From Gemmatimonadales bacterium (GTDB lineage: Bacteria > Gemmatimonadota > Gemmatimonadetes > Gemmatimonadales > GWC2-71-9), in contig JBBCJC010000002.1 of NCBI GenBank assembly GCA_037189525.1, positions 448,001 through 512,000 of the forward strand: DNA of 64,000 bases. The letters are read 5' to 3'. This document shows positions 11,603 to 21,183 of the stretch, one piece after another. A model generated the notes under the pieces. The model saw only the letters and a list, made by a program, of their open reading frames with translations, was not told the DNA's origin and made no database searches. Every line of letters begins with the position of its first letter. The stretch's first letter is position 1. The translations under genes were made by a program, and so were the position numbers.

Positions 11603-13617
11603 GTGGCGTCGCTCCTGATCAGTTTGATGCTTTCGAGCGGCGCGGCCGGGGGAAGGCCCGTGACGCCGAGGATCTCTTTCTCGCCCAGGGTTTCCCGCTC
11701 CAGCAGCGCGCCGACCAGCGCATCGAGCTGGTGACGATAGATCCGGATCAGGCGGCGGGCCTCTGCGTAGCTTTCAGAGATGATCCTGAGCACTTCGGCA
11801 TCGACGATCTTGGCCGTTTCCTCGCTGAACGATTTCGACGTGCCCATCGCGTTGCCGCCCAGGAACGGGTTCTGGCGGTCGGAGAGCTGCACCATGCCGA
11901 GCCGGTCGCTCATCCCCCAACGGGTCACCATCGACCGCGCCAGGTTGGTGGCCTGTTCGATGTCGTTCTCGGCGCCGGTCGTTTTGGTGCCGTAGACCTC
12001 TTCTTCTGCCGCGCGGCCGCCCAGAATGCCGACGATCCTTGCGCGCAAGTACGCTTCGGGATAGTTGTAGCGATCGGCATCGGGACGCTGGTAGGTCACG
12101 CCGAGCGCCTGACCTCGCGGCACGATGCTGACGCGATGGACCGGATCGGCGCCGGGAACGACGAGGCCGAGTATGGCGTGGCCACCTTCGTGATAGGCAA
12201 TCCGTTCGCGATCCTGGTAGCTCAGCAGGAGCGGCCGTTCGGGCCCCAGGATGATCTTCTCCAGCGCGTCCATGAAATCGACCTGCATTACCTGATTGCG
12301 ATTGCGTCGCGCGGCCAGGAGGGCGGCTTCGTTGACCAGGTTGCGCAGATCCGCGCCGGACAGGCCGGGCGTGGCGGCGGCGATTTCCGTCAGACTCGCA
12401 TCCGGAGCAAGCGGCACCGCGCGGGTATGGACCTTGAGGATCGCCTCCCGTCCCGCCTTATCCGGCAGATTGACCACCACTCGGCGATCGAAACGGCCGG
12501 GGCGGAGCAGGGCTTTGTCGAGCACGTCCGGCTGGTTGGTCGCGGCGAGCACGATGATGCCCTGCCGGCTCGAGAAGCCGTCCATCTCCGTCAGGATCTG
12601 GTTGAGCGTCTGTTCCTGTTCGCTCGAGCCACCGATGGCCACCTGCCCGCGGGCGCGACCGATCGAATCGAGTTCGTCGATGAAGATGATGGCCGGGGCG
12701 TTCTCGCGGGCCTGCTTGAACAGATCGCGGACCCGTGCCGCGCCGACGCCGACGATCATCTCGACAAATTCGGAGCCGCTCATCGAGAAGAACGGCACCC
12801 CGGCCTCACCGGCCACCGCCTTGGCCAGCAGGGTTTTGCCGGTGCCGGGCGCGCCGACCAGCAGCACGCCTTTTGGCGCAGTGCCGCCGAGCCTGGTGTA
12901 TTTGCCCGGGTCCTTGAGGAAGTCGACGATTTCGACCAGCTCGTTCTCGGCTTCGTCGATTCCGGCCACGTCCTCGAAGGTCACCCGTCCGTCGGCCTGT
13001 TGATCGAAGCGCCGAGCTCCGGCTTTGCCCAGTCCGCCCAACATCCCGGCGCCCATGCCGCCGCCTTGCTTGGCGGCGCGGCGAAAGAGCCAGACGTAAA
13101 AGGCGATCAGCAGCGCGGCCGGTCCGAACCCGAAGAGCATCGTCATCCACGGGCTGCCTTCGCGAATCGGCTCGGCGCTGATTTCGACGCCGTGCTCGAT
13201 CAGCAGCGCCTCGAGGCCGGGATCGACGAAGGCCGGGAGCGTGGTCGCGAAGGTGGTGACGGCTTGTGGATCGATGTCTGCCACCGTGTCGCGCTCGGCG
13301 GGATACATCACCGGCGCGATGAACTTGCCGGTCAGACTTTCGCCCCGGCTGTAGATCCGCTCGACGTTCTGCTTGACGATTTCCTGCTTGAAGAGCGTAT
13401 AGGGAACTTTGGTCGACGGCTCCGTACCCGGGAAGAGGAACCGAACCAGCAGGAAATTGGCTGCCAGAATCGCCAGGAAGGTGAGCCAGGCGTTGCGCGG
13501 CGGCATGGCGCCCGCTCCGCCCGGCTTCCCCCCGTTGGGCGGTCGGGTCTGATTCGGTCCCTGGCCTGGAACGTCGTTCCGGCGGGATCGATCGAGCGGC
13601 GGTTGCGGATTGGCCAT
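11599..13617 (-). CDS. ftsH: ATP-dependent zinc metalloprotease FtsH
   Basis: Two TM helices, Walker A GAPGTGKT, Walker [25 protein letters not shown] zinc motif. Confidence 0.95.
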   Translation of the reverse strand: MANPQPPLDRSRRNDVPGQGPNQTRPPNGGKPGGAGAMPPRNAWLTFLAILAANFLLVRFLFPGTEPSTKVPYTLFKQEIVKQNVERIYSRGESLTGKFIAPVMYPAERDTVADIDPQAVTTFATTLPAFVDPGLEALLIEHGVEISAEPIREGSPWMTMLFGFGPAALLIAFYVWLFRRAAKQGGGMGAGMLGGLGKAGARRFDQQADGRVTFEDVAGIDEAENELVEIVDFLKDPGKYTRLGGTAPKGVLLVGAPGTGKTLLAKAVAGEAGVPFFSMSGSEFVEMIVGVGAARVRDLFKQARENAPAIIFIDELDSIGRARGQVAIGGSSEQEQTLNQILTEMDGFSSRQGIIVLAATNQPDVLDKALLRPGRFDRRVVVNLPDKAGREAILKVHTRAVPLAPDASLTEIAAATPGLSGADLRNLVNEAALLAARRNRNQVMQVDFMDALEKIILGPERPLLLSYQDRERIAYHEGGHAILGLVVPGADPVHRVSIVPRGQALGVTYQRPDADRYNYPEAYLRARIVGILGGRAAEEEVYGTKTTGAENDIEQATNLARSMVTRWGMSDRLGMVQLSDRQNPFLGGNAMGTSKSFSEETAKIVDAEVLRIISESYAEARRLIRIYRHQLDALVGALLERETLGEKEILGVTGLPPAAPLESIKLIRSDAT

Positions 13618-13704
13618 GGCCCACGTCCTTGGGAGAGCGGCGAAGGGAGCAGGTTAATCCGAGCTACCGGCCCTGTCGACTCCCGCCAGCACCCCGATCG
13701 GTCT

Positions 13705-13756
13705 CCCCTTGAAACTCTAGGGGGCCGCGCTACGTTTCCCTAGAATACCATAGGGA
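13705..13756 (+). promoter_or_regulatory. sigma70-like promoter with two putative PadR operator palindromes
   Basis: CCCCT-N9-AGGGG (13705-13723) overlaps TTGAAA (-35); TACGTT (-10) 16 bp later; TCCCTA-N8-TAGGGA (13737-13756). Confidence 0.6.
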
Positions 13757-13765
13757 GAGCCCGGG

Positions 13766-14119
13766 ATGGCGGATTCATCGGTCGAGTTGCTGCGGGGGAG
13801 TCTGGATCTCCTGATCCTCCGGTCGCTGGTGCAGCGGCCGCTGCATGGATACGCCGTGATGCGTTGGATCGAGCAGGCCACCGACGGGACGTTATCGATC
13901 GAAGAGGGGTCGCTCTACCCGGCGCTCTACCGTCTGGTCGACCGCGGCTGGCTCGAATCGGATTGGGGTGTGTCCGAAAACAACCGTCGGGCCCGGTACT
14001 ACACGCTGACGCCGAAGGGGCGGGCTCGGCTCAAGGTCGAGGTCCGCGACTTTACCCGGTTTGCGGAGGCGATGTTTCAGGCCATTGCCGGGACACCGGC
14101 GGTCAAGGAGTCGACATGA
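13766..14119 (+). CDS. PadR-family regulator (acidobacterial TIGR03433 type)
   Basis: LLRGSLDLLIL..HGY..EEGSLYPALYRL..WGVSENNRRARYY. Confidence 0.92.
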   Translation: MADSSVELLRGSLDLLILRSLVQRPLHGYAVMRWIEQATDGTLSIEEGSLYPALYRLVDRGWLESDWGVSENNRRARYYTLTPKGRARLKVEVRDFTRFAEAMFQAIAGTPAVKEST

Positions 14120-16812
14120 AGGCGGATCCGTGGTGGCGCCGGTACTGGCGCTCGCTGGGCTTCGGGCCGGAGGTGGCGGAGGAGCTGGAGTTCCACATCG
14201 AGATGTTGACCCGCCAGTTGATTGAGCAGGGCATGTCCCCGGAGGCGGCGCGCGCGGAGGCGACCCGGCGGTTCGGTGACCGCGGGCAGGTCCAGGCGCA
14301 ACTGGAAACCATCGAGCGGCGCCGCGGTCGTCGGCTGCGGATCGGAGTGCGCCTGGAGGAGTGGTGGGCCGATGTTCGGTATGCGGCCCGCGGCCTGTTG
14401 AAACGCCCGGCGTACACGATCGCTGCGGTGCTGTCGCTCGCGCTGGGCATCGGGACCGCGACGGTGGTCTTCGCGATCGTCGACGCCTGGATGTTCCGTC
14501 CGCTGCCGGTCGATCGCCCCGACCGGCTGGTCGTCGTCGGCGCAACCTATCCCGCGGTTGGCGGGATCGTGATTCCGAATATCTCGCTCCACGCCGTTCG
14601 TGAACTTCGCGAACGCTCCGACCTCTTTGATGATGTCGCGGCCTGGCGGATTCAGGTCGTGACCGCGCGCCAGGGCGGAAGCGAACGCGGAGCCGTGGGG
14701 TTCATGCTGAGCACGACGGGGAACTACTTCGAGTTGCTAGGCGTCAAGGCTTCGCTGGGTAGGGTGTATGCGGAGGCTGACGCCGTGGAGCGCTCATCGG
14801 TCGTGGTTCTCGATCACGACTATTGGCGTCGGCGGCTGGGTAGCGATCCGGGCATTCTCGGGAAAACGATGCTGCTGAACGGGAAATCCTTTACCGTCAT
14901 CGGTGTCGCCGAGCCGCGGTTTCGCGGGACGGAGCATCTGGTGGCGATCGAGGGATACATTACGACGGGTTCCGAGGGCGTCATGGATCCCGCGATGGCT
15001 GCGGTCGATACGGATCCCTCCATGGGCTATTTCCAGATCATCGCGCGGCGGCGATCGGACGTCACCATGGCGTCCCTGCGTGCCGCGCTGAATACATATG
15101 GTACGCAGCTGGCCGCTACCTATCCGGTGCTTCCCTCGGGGTATCAGATTCACGCTGTCCCGGAGCAGGATGCCCGTCCGACCATCAGCGCGGCCGGCCG
15201 GACCGCGCCGGCAGGGATTGCGCTGCTGGCGCTCGCGGCCCTGATTCTGGCCACGGCGGCCGTCAATGTGACCAACCTGATCCTGACGCGGGCCAGTAGC
15301 CGCCAGGAAGAGATCGCGGTGCGGCTCGCGCTGGGGGCGTCCCGCTGGCGCGTGGCTCGACAACTGCTCACGGAGAGCGCGCTGCTTGGTCTGGCCGGGT
15401 TCGGGGCGGCGTGGGGACTTGCGCAGCTTGCGGTGAGCACGCTCGAGCGTCTGGCGCTGGTCTCCACCGTTCCGCTGCGATTGAGCTTTGCCATCGATGG
15501 GCGCGTGCTGATCGTCAGCGCCGCGGTAGCGCTCGGCGCGGGCCTGCTGAGCGGAATCGGTCCTGCCGTCGTGGCGTCGAAAGGTGTGCAACACACCCTC
15601 CGCCGCGCGGGTCGCAACGGCCTGGGCGGTTTGGGCGGCCGATTCCGCGCCGGGCTGGTGGTGGTCCAGGTGTCCGCGTCGTTCGTGGTGCTGGTGGCCG
15701 CCGGACTCTTCGTCGAGAGCGTCCGGCGGATGGCGACCGTTCCGCTTGGTATGCAGCCAACCCGCGTCCTCACGGGCGGATTCCAGGCCGGGTCGACACC
15801 GGCTACGGCCCCGGTTGCCTTCGAGCGAATCGCCGCGCTGCTGCGCGAGACGCCGGGGATCGAGGGCGTGGCCCTCGCGACGTCCGTGCCGCTCACCACG
15901 ACCGGTGGGGATATCCTCGATGTCTATCCGGCGGACACGCCTCCGGAGGCCGACGCCAAGGGTGCCGTGGGCGCCATGCGGGCGGAGGTCGACCCTGCCT
16001 ATTTCGATGTGATGGGTACCCCGGTCATCAAGGGTCGCGCGTTTACGCTGCGCGATGACAGCCTGGCCCCGCCGGTCGCGATCGTCAATGAGGAAGCGGC
16101 GCGTCGCTGGTGGCCGGGCGTCGATCCGATCGGGCGGCAGCTCCGGTTCGATCCGGACGGCCCGGCGGTCGAAGTCGTGGGGGTGGTGCCGACCGGTCGC
16201 TACCTGGTAATCACCGAAGCGCCGCGTGCGTTCGTTATGACCCCCCTCGCGCAGCGTCCGGCGTTCACCTTCGGCGTCGTGCTGATCAAAAGCCGACTGT
16301 CGCCGGCTGCGGCGGAAGATGCGTTGCGGAACGCCGCGGCGGCAGTCGATCCGGACCTGGCGCCGTATGCCGTGGCCACGATGGAGAACACGATCAAGAA
16401 CGGGGTCAATGGCTTGCTCCCGCTCCGGTTCGGGTCAATGATGACCATGGTCATCGGGGCCTTGGGTCTGCTGTTGACCGTGGTCGGTCTCTACGGCGTC
16501 CTGGCATACACCGTGAGCCGGGAAACGCGGGAGATCGGCGTTCGCATGGCGCTGGGTGCGGATCGCAGCGCGATCGTCGGGCGCGTGCTGAAACGTGGCG
16601 GTCGGTTGCTGGGTATCGGGGTGGTGCTCGGCGCTCTCGTCGCGCTCGCGGGCACTCGGCTGCTGGCGAACTTGTTGGCCGGTGTCAGCACCAGCGATGC
16701 GGGGATCTACCTGATGGTTGGCGCGCTTCTGCTGGTCGTCGGGGCCGGTGCGGCGTACCTGCCGGCTCGGCGGGCCGCGCGCCTCGATCCTGTCAGGGCT
16801 CTGCGAGAATAG
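14116..16812 (+). CDS. Duplicated orphan ABC permease (ADOP, MacB/FtsX-like x2)
   Basis: EELEFHIEM..RRFGD prefix domain, DVRYAARGL, two EIxVRxALGA motifs, PARRAARLDPVRALRE end; ATGA overlap with PadR; no ATPase domain. Confidence 0.92.
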   Translation: MKADPWWRRYWRSLGFGPEVAEELEFHIEMLTRQLIEQGMSPEAARAEATRRFGDRGQVQAQLETIERRRGRRLRIGVRLEEWWADVRYAARGLLKRPAYTIAAVLSLALGIGTATVVFAIVDAWMFRPLPVDRPDRLVVVGATYPAVGGIVIPNISLHAVRELRERSDLFDDVAAWRIQVVTARQGGSERGAVGFMLSTTGNYFELLGVKASLGRVYAEADAVERSSVVVLDHDYWRRRLGSDPGILGKTMLLNGKSFTVIGVAEPRFRGTEHLVAIEGYITTGSEGVMDPAMAAVDTDPSMGYFQIIARRRSDVTMASLRAALNTYGTQLAATYPVLPSGYQIHAVPEQDARPTISAAGRTAPAGIALLALAALILATAAVNVTNLILTRASSRQEEIAVRLALGASRWRVARQLLTESALLGLAGFGAAWGLAQLAVSTLERLALVSTVPLRLSFAIDGRVLIVSAAVALGAGLLSGIGPAVVASKGVQHTLRRAGRNGLGGLGGRFRAGLVVVQVSASFVVLVAAGLFVESVRRMATVPLGMQPTRVLTGGFQAGSTPATAPVAFERIAALLRETPGIEGVALATSVPLTTTGGDILDVYPADTPPEADAKGAVGAMRAEVDPAYFDVMGTPVIKGRAFTLRDDSLAPPVAIVNEEAARRWWPGVDPIGRQLRFDPDGPAVEVVGVVPTGRYLVITEAPRAFVMTPLAQRPAFTFGVVLIKSRLSPAAAEDALRNAAAAVDPDLAPYAVATMENTIKNGVNGLLPLRFGSMMTMVIGALGLLLTVVGLYGVLAYTVSRETREIGVRMALGADRSAIVGRVLKRGGRLLGIGVVLGALVALAGTRLLANLLAGVSTSDAGIYLMVGALLLVVGAGAAYLPARRAARLDPVRALRE

Positions 16813-17023
16813 GCCGGTCGGCTTGGCGATCGGCCTCTCTGTGATCCTCGTCACGGCGGTTCCAGCCGAAGGCTGCTACCGTCCGATGAGGGGGATCGGT
16901 CCGGTGGCGTCGATCTGCGCCAATGCCACCCGCATCGCGATCTGAATAGATGCCTGGCCGCGTTCGTTGCGAGGGTGTCAGCCAGTGATCATGGATCCCC
17001 AGGCCACGGAGGGTTTCATAGCT

Positions 17024-17377
17024 GTGATACGTTGCTGGACTACAGCCGGACTGCTGTTTGCAGGTCTTGTCGGATGTGGAACGGAGCCCGAAGAACTGCC
17101 GCTCCCGCCGCCGCCGGGGAACCTCATGTTCCCGAATCCGTATGTCGTGCCCAGTGACACCTCCATATCCCCGGGCGATTCGCTGCAATTTCGTGTCGCC
17201 AACACGATCATCGCGGATTCTCTCTGGCGTTGGAGTGTCGATGATACGTCGATTGCCACGATCGACGAGCGATCTGGGGCTGCCCGCGCACGACTGCCGG
17301 GTAAGACTCGGGTCCAGACCTGCACTGCGCGCCCTCCCGGTCCGATCTGTTACGGAGCGTCGCTCACGGTCCAGTAG
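17024..17377 (+). CDS. Small hypothetical lipoprotein with Ig-like (Big_2-like) segment
   Basis: GGAGG SD, lipobox LVGC, WSVDDTSIATID..G.ARA..PG motif; start uncertain. Confidence 0.55.
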   Translation: MIRCWTTAGLLFAGLVGCGTEPEELPLPPPPGNLMFPNPYVVPSDTSISPGDSLQFRVANTIIADSLWRWSVDDTSIATIDERSGAARARLPGKTRVQTCTARPPGPICYGASLTVQ

Positions 17378-17402
17378 GTCGGCAGAAACCGGACTGCGTA
17401 CC

Positions 17403-18320
17403 TCACCCCGTGGCGAGTTGCTCGCGCACCGCCTCGAGATGCCTCGGATCACCGCTTTCCAGTGCGAACAGGGCATACTTGAGGGGAGCAGTTGCCGTAC
17501 GCTCGGTGATATGATGGATCATTGCCGGCCAACTGCGGCCGCCCGCGCGCTGGTAACCCGCTACCAACTGCTCGAGCCCCGCGGGTCCGAATGCCGTGAG
17601 ATGTCCGCAGAAATCGATCGACGGGTCGTCCACCGCCGCTTCGGTCCAATCGATCATCCCGGTCACCTGATCATCCGCACCGACCAGGATGTGGCCCGCG
17701 TAGAGGTCGCCGTGGATTACGGTGGCGAAATCGGGCCACGATGTGTCGTCGTCGAGCCAGGTCTCCCAACGGCGGCGGAGTGATGGGCCAATCACAAATT
17801 CTTGCGCAACGCGATCCAGGTCCCGATATAAGGCCTGCCGCGCCTGCGCAGCCGTCGAATGAGGCAGCCCTGCTTCGATGGCGTCGGGGATCGATAGGCT
17901 ATGCAGGGCGGCCAGCGCCTCTGCGAGGCTCGCGGGGAAGCGGGGCGACGCCGAATCGATCTGCCAGGCCGGTGTCCAAGTGGCGCCGTCGACCACCATT
18001 GCGGTGCGGTGGTCGAGTCGCGGATAGGCGACCAGGTCCGGTGCCGCCACACGCCAATCCGGCACCGCAAAGGGAACCCGCGGCGCCAGGAAACGAAGTG
18101 TACGTGCCTCGCGCTCGATCTTGGGTACGACATCGCCCCGCCGAGGCATGCGCAACATCCATCGCTGCCCGGTTCGGTCGGTTGCTGTTGCGACCCGGAA
18201 ATCGAGGCCCAGTTCGTTGATATCGAGGATCTCGATGAGGTCGAGCCCATGACGCCGTGCCAGGACAAGTATGTCCTGGGGTTGGCCGGGCGGTTCGGGT
18301 GTCGAGGTTGGCGTTGTCAT
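17403..18320 (-). CDS. mph: Macrolide 2'-phosphotransferase (MphA-like)
   Basis: INELGLDFR, WMLRMPRR, PFAVPDWRVA, WLDDDTSWPDF, HGDLYAGH, GMIDWTEA.VDDP.ID match the Mph(A) pattern. Confidence 0.85.
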   Translation of the reverse strand: MTTPTSTPEPPGQPQDILVLARRHGLDLIEILDINELGLDFRVATATDRTGQRWMLRMPRRGDVVPKIEREARTLRFLAPRVPFAVPDWRVAAPDLVAYPRLDHRTAMVVDGATWTPAWQIDSASPRFPASLAEALAALHSLSIPDAIEAGLPHSTAAQARQALYRDLDRVAQEFVIGPSLRRRWETWLDDDTSWPDFATVIHGDLYAGHILVGADDQVTGMIDWTEAAVDDPSIDFCGHLTAFGPAGLEQLVAGYQRAGGRSWPAMIHHITERTATAPLKYALFALESGDPRHLEAVREQLATG

Positions 18321-18333
18321 GGCTGCAACGGGA

Positions 18334-18684
18334 TCAGAGCAGTTTCGCGCCGAGTGGCACGTTCTGGTCGGGAATACAGAGGACGACGTCGCCGTGCTCG
18401 TTGTGAAATCCGGTGACCAGGCACTCGGAACGGATCGGGCCGATCTGCTTGGTCGGGAAGTTGATCACCCCGACGACCAGCTTGCCGATCAGCTCTTCAC
18501 GCCGGTACACCCGGGTAATCTGCGCGCTCGACTTCTTGATACCGATATCCGGGCCGAAGTCGACGTGCAGGATGTAGGCCGGTTTCCGTGCTTCGGGAAA
18601 CTCCGCCGCTTCGACGACTCGGCCCACTCGAATTTCGACCTTTTCGAAATCGCCCCACGAAATCGTTTCCATCGGTTCGCTCAT
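18334..18684 (-). CDS. csaA: CsaA / tRNA-binding OB-fold chaperone
   Basis: DFEKVEIRVG..FPEARKPAY..DFG..KKSSAQIT..NFPTKQIG..SECLVTGF. Confidence 0.92.
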   Translation of the reverse strand: MSEPMETISWGDFEKVEIRVGRVVEAAEFPEARKPAYILHVDFGPDIGIKKSSAQITRVYRREELIGKLVVGVINFPTKQIGPIRSECLVTGFHNEHGDVVLCIPDQNVPLGAKLL

Positions 18685-18812
18685 CTGGAGAGTAGGCGGA
18701 GCCGGTGCAGCTCCCGGACCTCGCGGTCGGAAAATAGCTGGATCGGCTCAGCACCAACGAAAAAGCACGCCCCGAGGGAGCGTGCTTGGTTCGAACCGTA
18801 TCGGTCGCCCGA

Positions 18813-20540
18813 TCAGCGCACGCTCAGCTCCCGCACCACGCGCGACAGGGCGCGGACCCGGGCGGGGTCGCCCGAGCCGGCCGCTTCGCGATCGAGGTCG
18901 ACCGCCAGCTTCGTGAGCGCCGTCCGCTGGGCAGCGCCGGCCAGGCGTTCCGTGCGGGTGAGTTCGGCGGCCAGCTGCGTCGTCCGAGTGCGCGGCAGAC
19001 CGGATCCACGCACCAGCTGATCGAGGTAGGCGCGGGCCACGTTGAAGCTCGGCGTCCAGACGATCTTCGGCTGCAGCTGGGCGTTGAACTCCGCCACCCG
19101 CACTTCTTTGGCCGCATTGATTTCGTGCTGGCTCAGGTGTTCGGTGGGCACCAGCTCGAGCACGTCGAGCCCGCGGGCGATTTCCGAACCGTAGATGTAC
19201 CCGTTGTACCAGTAGGCCGACCAGTGCCCGGCCTGGATCAGTCGGTCATTCGACATCGGGCCGCGATCGAAGAACGCGATCTCGACCGGCTTGGTCGGAT
19301 CGGTAAAGTCGATGATCGAGATACCGCCCTGATACCACGACTGGACGAACAGATCGCGTCCCGGGACGGGAATCAGCGACCCGTTGTGCGCGACGCAGTT
19401 CTCCTGCTCCGTCTGCGCAGCAGGAATCTTGAAGAAGCTGGCCGGGGTCAGCTTGCCATTGTCGAGACGATAGATCGCGTTCGCGCCCCACTCCGCCCGG
19501 TCCGTCGCGCGGCATCGTGGCGCGCTGCCGCCGCCCCATTCGTCGGTGAACAGGAGCGACGTGCCGTCGTTGTTGAACGTGGCGGAATGCCAATACGCGA
19601 AGTTCGGGTCGCTGACCTCACTGATCCGGACCGGATTGGACGGATCGCGGATGTCGAGCAGAATCCCGTTGCCCGAGCAGGCGCCGGCGGCCAGGCCCAG
19701 GTCCGGATACGCGGTAATGTCGTGGCACATGTTGGTCTCGCGGGTATTCTGCGTCCCGGTCCCGTGGTCGCCGCCGCGCCACAGACCGGCCACATTACCC
19801 GACGCATCGGCGAAGAGCCGCGGAGCATTGACGATCCGCGCGTTCTCGGGAGCGGACAGCGGGACTTGGATGATCTCGATCCGGAAGAGCGAGGTGTTGG
19901 GATCTTCCTCGGGCCGCGCGCCCGAGCAACCGGCGAGTTCCTGGCCCGAGCGGACCGCGCTGGTGCCCGAGACGTACACGTAGATGTTCTCGTGGTCGCC
20001 GGGGCGCGTCACCAGCGTGTGCGTGTGCGACCCGCGGCAGGTCTGGACCGAGGCGACCACCTTGGGGTTCGCGATGTCGCTGATGTCGTAGATCCGGACT
20101 CCGCGGAATCGTTCCGTGCTCACGGTGTCGACCACGCCCTGGTCGCCACAATCGAGCCGGGCGCTGGTGGCCTGGATCGAGATGAAGAGCAGATTGCCGT
20201 AGACCGACGGGTCGCCCTGGTTCCCGGGGCACAGAATCGAATTCCGCATCACCGGCTTGGCCGGGTTCGACACGTCCCAGAACTTGAACCCGGCGTAGTT
20301 GCCCTGAATGACGTAGTTCCCCTGGAATGCCAGATCGGAGTTGCCGAAGCCCGGCTGCGTACCAGACGGGTCGAACCCGGCGGGACGGGGATGCGTGGCA
20401 ACGAGCTTGAGACCGCGGGCGGCTTGCCCGGCATCGTGGATTCCGGCTTTGAGGCCGACTCGAGGGTCGGCAGCTTGCGCCGATGCGACGGCGGGAAGCG
20501 CAAGCGACAAGAGGAGCGCGGCGTGGGTGACTTTCATCAT
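18813..20540 (-). CDS. Secreted LVIVD-repeat-like (beta-propeller-type) protein
   Basis: Signal peptide; repeats WDVSNPAKP, YDISDIANP, LDIRDPSNP, IDFTDPTKP; CRGSHTHT, CHDIT, YWHSA, CVAHNG. Confidence 0.75.
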   Translation of the reverse strand: MMKVTHAALLLSLALPAVASAQAADPRVGLKAGIHDAGQAARGLKLVATHPRPAGFDPSGTQPGFGNSDLAFQGNYVIQGNYAGFKFWDVSNPAKPVMRNSILCPGNQGDPSVYGNLLFISIQATSARLDCGDQGVVDTVSTERFRGVRIYDISDIANPKVVASVQTCRGSHTHTLVTRPGDHENIYVYVSGTSAVRSGQELAGCSGARPEEDPNTSLFRIEIIQVPLSAPENARIVNAPRLFADASGNVAGLWRGGDHGTGTQNTRETNMCHDITAYPDLGLAAGACSGNGILLDIRDPSNPVRISEVSDPNFAYWHSATFNNDGTSLLFTDEWGGGSAPRCRATDRAEWGANAIYRLDNGKLTPASFFKIPAAQTEQENCVAHNGSLIPVPGRDLFVQSWYQGGISIIDFTDPTKPVEIAFFDRGPMSNDRLIQAGHWSAYWYNGYIYGSEIARGLDVLELVPTEHLSQHEINAAKEVRVAEFNAQLQPKIVWTPSFNVARAYLDQLVRGSGLPRTRTTQLAAELTRTERLAGAAQRTALTKLAVDLDREAAGSGDPARVRALSRVVRELSVR

Positions 20541-21127
20541 CGGGTCTCGGCGGAGGAGAGGTTCTTGAGGAGGTTTTGCATCCGTTGGATTTCGGCGCGC
20601 TGGTCGGCTTCGATGTCCGCGGCGAGCCGGAAGATTTCCGTTTCCTGGCCGGAGGCGGGGGTGCCGAACAGCGTTTTGACCATGGTGATGGCGCCCTCGT
20701 GGTGGCGAATCATCAACTCGAGGAAGAGGCGATCGAACGCGGTCCCGTGCAGCGTCGCGAGCCGGTCCAGCTCATCCTGCGTCAGCATCCCGGCCATGAG
20801 CGTGGCGCCGTGATGGTGGTGACTGGACGAGGTCGAGTCGGGAAGGGCCTCCTTGCGATCGAGGAGCCACTGCCGCATCAGCGCGATCTCGTCTTTCTGC
20901 GAGACGTCGATCCGCTCGGCGAGCATCCGGACCGGGGTGAACTGACTGCGATCGGGAACCAGGCGGGACATGACGACCGCCTGGCCATGGTGGGCGATCA
21001 TCCCGCGCATGAACTCCGCGTCCGCGGCGGTGTGACGAATCTGGGCATCGGCCGGCCGGATGATCAGAAGCGCCAACAGGATCGCGGCGAGCAGCGACGC
21101 CGGGCGTCGAAAATCGTTCGGTTGCAT
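20537..21127 (-). CDS. DUF305 (CopM-like ferritin-fold) secreted protein
   Basis: D.EFMRGMIAHHGQA..MS, Q..EI..M..WL, FLELMIRHHEGAITM, Q.AEI.RM; His-rich linker. Confidence 0.9.
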   Translation of the reverse strand: MQPNDFRRPASLLAAILLALLIIRPADAQIRHTAADAEFMRGMIAHHGQAVVMSRLVPDRSQFTPVRMLAERIDVSQKDEIALMRQWLLDRKEALPDSTSSSHHHHGATLMAGMLTQDELDRLATLHGTAFDRLFLELMIRHHEGAITMVKTLFGTPASGQETEIFRLAADIEADQRAEIQRMQNLLKNLSSAETR

Positions 21128-21183
21128 CCAGGGAAATTACCGCCCAAACCGGCCGATCGGAATCGTGGCGTTGCCGGTGGTGC

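Noticed and set aside
11530..13743. 737-aa + strand ORF, and similar long antisense ORFs at 7466-9145, 18786-20813, 21250-22995, 25554-28196 and 61798-63831
   Set aside because: Shadow ORFs opposite well-supported genes; expected from high-GC codon bias; no recognisable motifs
13864..14115. N-terminal extension of the 982-aa ORF (likewise 52352-53302 and 57323-57826)
   Set aside because: Overlaps the upstream gene in another frame; the true starts are at the stop/start overlaps
16813..16945. Hydrophobic stretch GLAIGLSVILVTAVPAEGCYRP after ADOP 1, possibly a permease remnant
   Set aside because: Similarity too weak to support without an alignment
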